Under the pieces are notes generated by a model. The model had not been told where the DNA came from. It did not search any database and was given only the letters and a program-made list of their open reading frames with translations. Made by a program: the position numbers and the translations under genes. Below, piece by piece: positions 1 to 9,824 of a stretch of DNA of 33,941 bases (its first letter is position 1; each line of letters starts with the position of its first letter). Origin of the DNA: Pelomyxa schiedti (Eukaryota; Protista; Evosea); assembly GCA_020536535.1 (NCBI GenBank), contig JAHLWZ010000471.1:1-33941 (forward strand). Reading direction: 5' to 3'.

Positions 1-254
1 GCTCAGACCAACCTTTCTTCTCCTCCCTCCCCTCCACTCACCCCCCATCTCCTGCTTGGCACCAACAAACCAAAAACACAAACAACTAATTGGAGATAAG
101 TAATCAAAGAGAAAGGAAAGGACAAGGGTCCACATATGTTCTTCACAAAACAAAAAAAATTTTCCCCTTAGAAATACCAACTGTCCACCTTGTCTACATG
201 TTGCAGACTCAAACCTGTTAAAAACAGTGAAAAAACATGGCTTTTCCCCATTGG

Positions 255-384
255 TAAAACAGCCGCCCGGGCGGCTGTTTTATTTTTTTTTCCTTATTAA
301 AACAGCCGCCGGGCGGCTGTTTTGAGGGGGCGGCTGGGCGGCTTTTTTTACAGGAAAGTGATAGGGAAAAAAACAGCCGCCCTT
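255..384. repeat. Cluster of palindromic AAAACAGCCGCC/GGCGGCTGTTTT motifs
   Basis: Perfect 28-bp palindrome TAAAACAGCCGCCC|GGGCGGCTGTTTTA at 255-282. Near-perfect copy AAAACAGCCGCC-G-GGCGGCTGTTTT at 299-323. Further half-sites at about 328-349 and 367-384. Confidence 0.9.
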
Positions 385-1029
385 TGACCCAGATATGTGC
401 CCCCCCTTTGTAGTACATCTGCATTTACTACCTCCTAACAGCCTCGTAGGGAATTTTCTTGCTTAAGTTGTCCAAGAAGGTTAAAAGTGCAACCCCGGGT
501 TTATCAGTTGCTGTGGAGCCGTATCCATACCACCTAGAGCTAAAATCTGTAGTCTGGAGGGCAGAGCAAATCGTTTTTACAGATGAAGCTGGTGATATTA
601 CAAAGAGGTTGGAGGAATACCTTTATTTATTTGTTAATTAAAAATATAGAATGAAATTATGGCTGGCTGTGGCATCCCCGTTCCAAAATATGGCCAGGTA
701 CTGCCAATCCGGTTATCTTTTGTATTCATACCGATTTAAATCGAAGTTATTGCAGCCATAGGAGTTGTGCAGCCTGGGCTTATGTTAGATTGAAGTGTGG
801 GGGATATTGGAGGCATAGGATTTTCTTTCAATAGGCGGGGTAAATACAAATCAGGAGAGGCTATGAAGGAGCTAAAAGAGCCGTAGGGGAATAAGAGCCG
901 GGAGAGGCTGGAAAAGAGCTGGGAGGTGCCATGAAGGAGCGAGGAGAGGCTTGGATATAGCTTGGGGGGAAGGCAAGAGGAAAAGGGGTGTACGGAGCCG
1001 GACTGAAATAAACAGTAGGAGAGGATAGT

Positions 1030-2100
1030 TTGTTTTGAGAGAACCCTGACTAATCTTTGAAAACTTGGAGGAGCTGGTACAACAAGGGGAACCAACAGAA
1101 GCAGATTACGTTGTACCGCTCGTGAGAGGAGTCATATTCTGCTCTGCTTGTGACCTGGGAGGCACAAGCTGGGAGGACCATTGGTGTATGAGTAACATAG
1201 ATACTTGTTGTGGGGGAAGTGGAAGACATGAAACGGGAGGGTGTATTCTGACTGAAGTTGAAAATCAGTGGGAGTTGAAGGGCTCACTAGGGAATCTGGA
1301 GAGACCACTGGAGTTCCAATTGGTGGAGAAGGAGGCAACAATTGTGATGGAGGAGGAAGCCGTGCTTGCATTTGTGGATTCTGTTCCTGTACAGCAACCC
1401 ACTCACGAACCAACTGAGAGACATGGGCATAAAACAGACTCATGCACTGTTGCCAACCAGAATGTACGTCTTTTTGAGTGAGGGCCTGGAAAGTCTTGAG
1501 GAAGGACAATAGCTTTGACGGAACTTACTATTTTCACCTTCTCTGTCTTTACTCCTTTTCTCTGCTTTCATTCGTTCTGCTTCACTTTTATCTCTGCTTC
1601 TGATGACGTAGTGGGTGTTTCCTGCTGCTCTTCAATAGTATTGTTAAAGTGTAGTCGTGGAGATTATCAGTTGTGCAGTGAGATCGAGCTTGTTCCCCAC
1701 CACAATGATGAATGCACATGAGAAACCCTTTGGTGGTGCAGGTCAGTGACATGGACCAGTGTCCCAGAGCTTTCCAAAAAGGGTAGTAAGACAACAGTGA
1801 GGCAGCCACGCAACCTCAAGTTTAACCTGGTCCGTGCCGTTCACAGTCACCTTTGTAAGAGGGGCTGTGCTCCACTGTAACGGAATTGTCGAGAGGGACG
1901 CCCCAGTACCAGTACAGTACTGTACATCAGGGTCGTCTTGCCAGCCACGTTGTCATCCAGCAGAACCACCTTATTACGGTGCTGGGCCGTCCCTATTCGC
2001 TTAAGCTTGTCCACTGCAATAACTTCCAGTGTCGTTTGTGAAGAGAGTTCAGATCCTTGATGACCCACAACGTCTCCCCAGACTAGTTGTGAAGTCTCCA
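1030..2100 (-). pseudogene. Degenerate Roco-family (ROC GTPase + COR) remnant
   Basis: Minus-strand fragments in different frames, in the expected order: eroded P-loop RNKVVLLDDNVAGKTTLM (~1979-1926); KVTVNGTDQVKLEV with the following WDFxGQ motif absent; ALGHWSMSL; G4 IIVVGNKLDL (~1709-1680); COR-like LELQWSL and PPSFQRLVRVL. Stops and frameshifts separate them. Boundaries are approximate. Confidence 0.5.
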
Positions 2101-2250
2101 CAGATGTTGTGCGACGGCGTAGCTGCTCTTCGCAGACATCTTTTCCGATAAGGGAAATTCTCTGTACAAAGGGAGGGAACCCTGTTCGTCTCAACATCCA
2201 CAACAATTGATGTTCTCAAATAAAAATTTCACTCTCCATAAACAAATAGC

Positions 2251-3331
2251 ATGGCACTGGGATATCGCGCAGGTGGCCTCGCCCTTACTATTTTCTGTGT
2301 TCTACTGCTCCGTTGGATGTGGTCACCAGTCTCAATAGGGGACCCTTCCGATTCGGCTTGTCCCATAATCCCGCGGCCCGCTGCTCCATCCCCCTCGTTT
2401 GGCATCCAGGCCAGTATCCCGTGGGACCTCTGGCGCCGCTCAATGTACAAGTCCCACGGGAGCAGCGGTCCAGAGGGGCTGACCGTGACCCACCGGTGTC
2501 CCGCCGCATCAAAGTGGGATTCTGTTGTGAGCTACCAAGGTCGCGATGTCCTCTTCAGTGACACGACCTCTCGTTCCATGTTGAGCTCGCACACTCTCTA
2601 CAATGGCTACTTCGACGTTTTGGACTGCCACGGCAACAAGCTTTACACAGTGGTTCCCAAAAGTACAATGTATGTGAATATCTTGTAGATTTCACACCGC
2701 AGCCCATTAGTTGTAAATACTTATTATAAATATTATATTTATTGATAACGATACAGCAACTTAGTTGGTTATTGTTACTGATATTTCCTCCCCAGCTCTG
2801 TTGTTAGAACTATATCGGGAATGTTGCAGTCTACCACTGTTGCAACCATCCATGAACCTCTGAATGACGCTGTTGTTGGGTCAGTAGTTGGTACGCTGCA
2901 TGGATTCCTGAACATATCATTCATTGATGCTCAGAATAACACCGTTGCTCAGTCATATTACAAAAGAGTGTGTTGTACCCTGTCACTGTTTGAATTCAAT
3001 ACTTAAGCACAAGCAGGATGGACTGAGAGTTCACTATGAAATTGAGGTGGTTGATCCAGAATCACCACTCTCTGACCCCGCTTTCCTGAGCCTCTATACT
3101 GCCGTTACCAGATGGGATATAGAAAAGAAGGATGGTTGCAATTCCCTCGTGTGGTGGGTGTATTGGCCATTTGTTGGGACCCTGGCGTTGCTTGCTCTTG
3201 CAGGAATTTCAATGTGCTTGACTGGACCAACAAAGTCAAAAGAAGGTGAGGATAAGAAAGAGGGGCAACAATCTCCAGTGCCTGAACCAACACCACAAAC
3301 CACAGACACGAAGCTGGAAAAAACAGAATAG
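2251..3331 (+). CDS. Membrane protein with N-terminal signal/anchor and C-terminal TM; central beta-rich region, possibly LURP-one/scramblase-like
   Basis: Exons 2251-2669, 2796-2967 and 3017-3331 join in frame across GT-AG introns. Hydrophobic LALTIFCVLLLRWMW and LVWWVYWPFVGTLALLALAGISMCL segments; charged tail. The fold guess is weak. Confidence 0.65.
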
Positions 3332-3573
3332 AACTCTGTTTCTCCCACAGTCTTTTTGATCATCAATTTCTGTGACTTTGGGCGAAAATGGTGTCCCTCT
3401 GGTCGGTGTGACTGGCCTGTGGTTTATGATGCAACAAGTGTTCCTCCACCCTCAGTCTCAGAGTCTCTGAAGGCTGCACCTCAGAGATCGGAAAAAGACA
3501 ATCAACTGTCTTTTAAATGATCTGAGGCAAAACAACCATTCGTTCGCTCAACGATCAATCAAGAAAACAGTAC

Positions 3574-5334
3574 ATGCAACCGGAATTGCGACCCACGTCG
3601 TATGCACTACGGTGCCTGAGGTGCGGCAAAGTACGTTGCCGACACAGATATTGCTTGTTGTTGTAGTGCATCACCGTTGTAAGGGGGTTTCTTGAAGGTG
3701 GTGGGTGTATTTACAACACGATATCGTAGGAGTACCGCGACAATGAAAAGTGGAGGCTCAGTTGCGACAACTGCGCCACGCACGGTCCCGCCCTGCTTCG
3801 TGCGGAATACGACCAAAGATCCTTCGTTGTGGATCGCAGTATCCCTGGTTAGTGCTTTCTTTCTTGGGCCCAAGGGATACAAACCCTTTTGGGCGTCCAA
3901 TGCATTGTTGACACAAACTGACAACTTTTGCCAGGCGTGTTGCGCATGCACGAATGGTTGCCAATAAATCGCTGTATTCCAGGACTGGCGTCATCGTCCA
4001 CACTCACTCCTGCGGTGTGGCGCAGCCCCGAACTGGCGTTAGCACTGGGAATGACTGCACCCTCTGGAAAACCTGCTTCTGATGACAGCTGGTGTCGTTT
4101 GTGGGTTGCATTCTCTGGTCATCATCCAAGGCGCGGCGCAGAGATGCACTCATGCACGTTCAAGGAGCTGGAAGCTGTTTGCGCTTGTTCAAGGCTGGTA
4201 GGAGAAATGATTGATAAAACCCTTGTTGTTGCCTCTGCTGGAAATACTGCCAGGGCTTTTGCTCAGGTTAACTTTGGCCTTTCATTGTCAAAGAGTTGAT
4301 TGCACCCCAAGGTTTATTCCAACACTGGATCGTCTCTTGTCATTGTAGTTCCTCAAGCAGCTGCGGGGAATCTTTGGTCACTTCAACCATTTTCCCCCAA
4401 AGTTAGACTTGTGAGTGTAACTGGAGAGGGTGCTGACTATGCTGATGCAATCAAGTATATCCTTCAAGTAACAAATCATCAAATAAAACTCTACTAGACT
4501 GGCAGGACTGCTAGCAGCAAGGCCAGGGTTTTATTCTGAGGGTGGTGCCGGAAATGTAGCACGTAGGGATGGAATGGGGAGTGTGGTGCTCTGCGCAGCT
4601 GAAGCGATGGGAGAAATCCCACAGTTTGTTTGAATTGTCAGAACTATCATAGGAACTCATTACTTATACTAGGCACTACTTCCAAGCCATTGGTTCGGGG
4701 ACAGGAGCAATAGCAGCCCACGAAATGGCAATCCGTTTAAGGGCGGATCCACGGTTTTCTGCAGCCCCTACTATGCGATTACACGTGTCACAGAACATAC
4801 CATATACACCAATGTCTGATGCTTGGCTAAATGGGAGGCAAAATCACATTAAAAGCATTCCAGAAGCTGAAGCAAAAGCCAGAATATCTCAGGTGTCCGC
4901 ATTTGTCCTCACAAATCGAACTCCACCGTGTGTCTAATCCCCAGTAATTGATAATACTGAAAAAATGTGACAGGTACTCCATCTGTGGCGGAGTGTATGA
5001 CTGCATGGTAGCCAGTGATGGGCAGGCCTATTGCGTTACAAATGAAGAAGCATACGCCGCGGCACATATATTTCAGTCAATAGAGGGAGTTGATGTGGAC
5101 CCGGCTGCAGCCGTTGCACTCGGCTCTCTGCGGCAAGCCATTTCCCGGGGGACCATCACTGCCAGTGACAGTGTGCTTGTCAACATCACAGGAGGCGGCC
5201 AGTCCCTCCTCAAAAAGGAGCACTCGTCGGAACTCGTATACCTCAAGCCATGGGCCACAGTCGACTGCAACGCCATCAACGACCACACTGTGGACTCCCT
5301 CGTTTCCCAAATTACTTTCGAGCACTCTTCATAG
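3574..5334 (+). CDS. Cysteate synthase (PLP-dependent, threonine-synthase-like fold type II)
   Basis: 7 exons: 3574-3630, 3730-3847, 3935-4266, 4312-4454, 4498-4623, 4673-4927, 4974-5334. The spliced protein has YALRCLRCGK..LLRAEY..WLP, FSGHHPRRGA, CTFKELEA (PLP lysine), VASAGNTARAFA, EGGAGNVARRDGMG, HYFQAIGSGTGAIAA, VLTNRTPPYS and NITGGG, collinear with archaeal/bacterial cysteate synthases. Confidence 0.93.
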
Positions 5335-5498
5335 ACCGACGCAAGTTATTTGGCAGGAAAATCTTCAGAAGAGCTAAAAAATCCCCCTCCTAAAATTAGT
5401 TGTATCCATTCTCACAATTACCGTTTTTTTCCCGTTACAAGAATGCAAAAAAACGACAAACCGCTTGGGAAAGCGAAACGAAAATAAGAAACCAACGA

Positions 5499-6289
5499 AT
5501 GGCAACCGAAGGTACACCAGCAGAGCCGTCGGAGCCGTGTCCACTAAAGTGCGGGACAACGGAGCTGTTCGCGCCGTGCACGCCTCCCGGAGGCGGGTGC
5601 TGCGCGCTGACGATCTCGGCAGACAAGGGCGTGTGGACCCACGAGCAGGCGATGAACCTGACGTGGTACCACAACTCAACTTACTGCACCGCCGATACGT
5701 TCCGCCTGGCCGCGTCGTCGTGGGAGGCCGCGTGCGGGGTGAAGTTCATCCAGGTGTTCGACCCCAGCAAGGCCGTCTTCCAAGTTGTGGACGCGGGGGA
5801 GAATGAAGAGCAGGACAAGCGCCTGGCCAACGTAATCGCGTTCGCGTTCTTCCCGAAGGATCTGCCGCCCCACCGCGTAGTGTGCATGGCTTTGATGACA
5901 CAGTCGCCTAAGATGGCCGTAGCGGTGCTGAGGCACGAACTGGGCCACGTGCTGGGATGGAGGCACGAGCACATGTGGGAAAACTCTGAAGAACTCGCAG
6001 CAAAACTGTGAGTGTGTTTGGGTGTTTGATGTGTGTCAATCAGTAATTTCTGTTCACTCTTAGATTACCAACATAATAAACTGATTCTAAAGTAAAATCC
6101 CAACATAGGAAGTTCTCAGATGGAAGCCGTGAGCTACCTGACGCGAATTGCTACCAGCTGACAGAGTACGATAGGGTGTCGATCATGAACTATCTGAAGC
6201 TATGGCAAGACAGTGCAGCTGGAAGAGTCACGGACCTCAGCGCGAACGACATCCTGGGCAGTAGAATCGTTTACCCAAAAAAATCATAG
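5499..6289 (+). CDS. Metzincin zinc metalloprotease (matrixin/M10-M57-like), copy A
   Basis: Exons 5499-6007 and 6109-6289. Zinc motif HELGHVLGWRHEH (HExxHxxGxxH), AFAFFP strand, and Met-turn LTEYDRVSIMNY in exon 2. Confidence 0.9.
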
Positions 6290-6440
6290 CCATCGCTACT
6301 TCCCAGCACCTAATGGTCCCCTTGGCACACAGATCTTAATATTTTTCCAAAACCCCGAAGAACTTTACTAGAAATGGAAAAACCTTTGACGAAACCACCG
6401 GTTTTTAAAGAGACAAAAAAAACAAAAAAGAAACCAACCA

Positions 6441-7411
6441 ATGGCAGCAACCGAAGGCACTCCAGCCACTCCGTCCGATATGCCAAAGTGCGTGACCGAG
6501 GAGAGGTACTTCGGGCCGCCGTGCCCACCGACGCCCACGGGAGGCGAGCCCTGCGCGCTGACGATCTCGGCCGACATGGGCGTGTGGACCCACGAGCAGG
6601 CGCTGAACCTGACGTGGTACCACAACTCCAAGAACTGCAGCGCCGAGGCGTTCCGGCTGGCCGCGTCGTCGTGGGAGGCCGCGTGCGCCGTCAAGTTCGT
6701 GCAGGTGACCGACCCCAGCAAGGCCCTCTTCGACGTAATAGACGCGACGCCGCAGGAGGAGAAGGCCATGCCGACGACCATAGCGTTCGCGTTCTTCCCG
6801 AGGCAGGCGCCGCCCCACCACGTCGTGTGCTTCGCGAAGATGCTGAACGAGGGGACGCGAAACATCGCGATCGCGGTGGTGAGGCACGAGCTGGGCCACG
6901 TGCTGGGATGGAGGCACGAGCACATGTGGGACCAGACTCCGGAATCACATTCACTGTGAGTGGGGCTTTCATTTTTTTTTTTCTCTTTTTTTTTGTAGTG
7001 GCTCTTTAGTTATTGGTGATGTTGTTGTTATTATTATTATTACGGAACATAAGACTCTAAATAAGCTAAGCAGTGTCTACTTGCCTTTTTCGTTTTTTAA
7101 AAATAGCTCATCTAAACCAGCATAGATACTTCCCAGACTCAAATGGGAATTGGATTCGCGAGCTACCCGACTCGAATTGCCACCAGCTGACAGAGTACGA
7201 TAGGCAGTCGATCATGAACTATCTGAAGATATGGGAGGACCAAAAGGCCAGAATTGTCACTGACCTCAGCGAGAACGACAAACTCGGCAGCCGGATGATG
7301 TACCCAAAATCAGAGCCGGTGTCACTACCAATCATGCCCATACAGCCAACAACATCTGAGCCGGACCCCATCATTGTCCCCTTTGACTCTGCTCCGCACT
7401 CCAAATCCTAA
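6441..7411 (+). CDS. Metzincin zinc metalloprotease, copy B (tandem paralogue)
   Basis: Exons 6441-6955 and 7126-7411, with the intron near the copy A position and in the same phase. HELGHVLGWRHEH, LTEYDRQSIMNY and an extra Pro-rich tail. Confidence 0.9.
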
Positions 7412-7536
7412 CTTCGCACCACAACGTGTCCCAATCGGGCTTCCTTTTCCTCAGTGGAAAATTTGGGTTGTTTTAAAACCGTATTTCATAACTTTGTGTT
7501 CATTTTTACTGACAAAGAAAGAGTTTGTTTGATCAA

Positions 7537-8766
7537 TCAAGAAAAGCAGAAGGGATAACCAAGTTGATGATCAGGTGCTGAAGGGAGAGCTACACGGAGC
7601 ACAGTGAAGCCTGTGAGTGGTTCCTTCACTATCAATTCACTGTCCTGAATGTAAAACAACACTCCAGACTCTACTAGAGGGTAACAGAGTTGGCCATTTT
7701 CTGTGAGTGGAAGTACCAAGAGTGGCCCTCCAAAGTTGTTACAGTCCCAGATTTCACACAGACAGCTGGGAATTCCAAATTCATCCTCCCTCTCTCTAAG
7801 ATAAGACACAGCAAACAGATGTGCACTCAATCGTGACATTCTATACACCATCTTTGTTGACCACAGAATAAACACCTGGGGGTTGTTCTCGAAAACCAGG
7901 ATGCAGTAGCCTGTTCCATCATCATTGGTGACTAGCCCAATGAAACACCTGGAACCGCCTCCGTACATCATAATGGTTGCATTTCCGACGATGTAACATT
8001 TACCCACATCAAGCCTTGTTTCACTCAAGACACACAATGACTTCGACTCGAATGAGCTCTGAACGTCAATGACCACAAACACGCATCCCGCGTTCGAGCT
8101 GCGATCCCTCACCACCACAAGAAGCTCATTCACCACCGACTTGTTGAAGATAACCGTATCCACTCTGTGACTCACAGCAGAGTACTCGAGCCTGACAACA
8201 ACAGACGTGGCAGCAGGGTCCTCGTCCGAGAGCCTCCCAATCGACAGCCCCAGCATGTTTCCTTCCGTGACATCGCTTTCAAACGCGCTCGCCACGAACC
8301 ACGCGTGATTCACTGCGTAAGCGTGCAATACATCAGCATCATGCGGTGGCAGAACCCTCGGGAACAGCGGAACCTTGGCCCCGGTGGCCAAGTCACGCAG
8401 GCTCGTGGAAGGCGGCGGCTCCAGGCGGTGCGTGCTGTCAACCCAAACGGTATAGCGAGTGCCGCTATTAGCACCAGTTCCATCGTTTTCCGGCGTGATC
8501 ACGGGAGGGCCACCAAATGTTCCAAGAACAAGTGGTGACATTTCGAAGTTGATGGGCCAGGCGACGTTGTTGGCAAAGCAAAAGGGCTCGATTGTAAACC
8601 GTCGGCGCGTGTCCTTGACCATCTCCCACACGATCTTCACGGCACCCAGTGCCTCGGACGACGGGATTCGATTGTGGGACATGCCGCACCTCGGGTGCGA
8701 AACGAGGCACAGTGCAGCGAATTGGTCGTTGGCACGAAGGCTCACAGTAGCGGGCCGTGCTTGCAT
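7537..8766 (-). CDS. Intronless hypothetical protein of the 'QFxAL..HPRCG' N-terminal-motif family
   Basis: Uninterrupted 409-aa ORF beginning MQARPATVSLRANDQFAALCLVSHPRCG, followed by a beta-strand-rich body (VVIDVQSSFESKSLCVLSET, CEIWDCNN, VESGVLF). It resembles an expanded hypothetical family I recall from Pelomyxa. Confidence 0.75.
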   Translation of the reverse strand: MQARPATVSLRANDQFAALCLVSHPRCGMSHNRIPSSEALGAVKIVWEMVKDTRRRFTIEPFCFANNVAWPINFEMSPLVLGTFGGPPVITPENDGTGANSGTRYTVWVDSTHRLEPPPSTSLRDLATGAKVPLFPRVLPPHDADVLHAYAVNHAWFVASAFESDVTEGNMLGLSIGRLSDEDPAATSVVVRLEYSAVSHRVDTVIFNKSVVNELLVVVRDRSSNAGCVFVVIDVQSSFESKSLCVLSETRLDVGKCYIVGNATIMMYGGGSRCFIGLVTNDDGTGYCILVFENNPQVFILWSTKMVYRMSRLSAHLFAVSYLREREDEFGIPSCLCEIWDCNNFGGPLLVLPLTENGQLCYPLVESGVLFYIQDSELIVKEPLTGFTVLRVALPSAPDHQLGYPFCFS

Positions 8767-9824
8767 TTTGCGGAATCTATAGATTAATCAAGATCGGAAC
8801 GCGTTTTCCAGCCACACGAAACTCATCACTCGGGCGTTGTGTCACACCCACAAGGCTGGAGTACCACTTTTATAGATGATGACTCAGAACGCGTTGTCAC
8901 GCACAGTCCTTCCCGACCAGAGCGGCAGCAGGGGATCGCACGCATCGCACGCCATCTCGCGCGTCGTGTGGTACCCGATAGTAGAGCCCGGCCTGCAGCG
9001 ACGCGACGTGCCTCCGGCGGGTTAATAAGTTACAAAAGATCGGCTTGTTGCGGCGAGGAGTCCCGTAGCCCTGATGTGGATTAAGCACTTTCCTTACTGA
9101 ATCCGACGAGTTTTATGTCGTGTCAGCACTTTCTACCAAGTTCAGTAAATGGTCCCATACATCAAATTTTCTGCTGACAAGACTGCTTGGGGTTTCTACC
9201 CACAATCTTGAAGTGGCTAATGATTAAGTTCCACCTGGATTCCGTTGTCAAACAGGACGCACTGACTGTGTCTCTGTTCCGGCAAGTGCAAGGTGTAAAG
9301 AATGGCTTATGGGGTATTATTTATAATTATTAATTCAATCAAGATACAGCACAATTACTTCAAAGTTAATCATGACAAAAGTTCATCTCACTTGTAATGG
9401 AATATTACGTCTGTGACAACACACTCGAATCAGGAATTGGCATATCCGCGGATGATCTGCGCCTTCTTTCTTTCCCGAAAATGAAGGCCAGCCATGCCCT
9501 CAACCACTTTGAGACATTCTTGACAACATCATCCCTGCACTTTCAAATCTAACAGCTGGGCATCACCAAGGCAGAGGTGTGTGATGGGGCTGAGGCATGA
9601 GTGTTTGGATTTTCTTTGACTGAAGGAGGAAAATAACTTGCCATGTTGTGCAGGCAAAAACAATTGTGAAAGTAAGAGCTGTCAACCAGTAGTCTGGAGC
9701 AACAATTGGACATCAATGGCCGTGAAGCCGGAAACAAAAAAGAAATTTGCGGATTCCGGTTTTGAGAAAGTCAACCTGCTGCAAACAGACAAAAAAAAAA
9801 GCAAAAAGTTCGAAGCAATCAACC

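Noticed and set aside
255-384. Palindromic repeats as a CRISPR array or bacterial terminators
   Set aside because: Only two full copies, no regular unique spacers, no cas genes, and a eukaryotic context.
860-1025. Minus-strand Pro/Ser-rich frame with SPGSYSPT, resembling an RNA polymerase II CTD
   Set aside because: Only one heptad-like match in low-complexity sequence.
3574-5334. Cysteate synthase as methanogen or bacterial contamination
   Set aside because: Six GT-AG introns restore the frame exactly at conserved motifs, and the flanks are contiguous eukaryotic genes.
5374-7009. Many overlapping alternative-frame and antisense ORFs over the proteases
   Set aside because: Expected by-product of GC-rich codon usage; no motifs of their own.
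9130-9600. Possible decayed repeat-protein fragment (LKWLMIKFHL, LGITKAEV)
   Set aside because: Stop-riddled, and the resemblance is too weak to call without a search.
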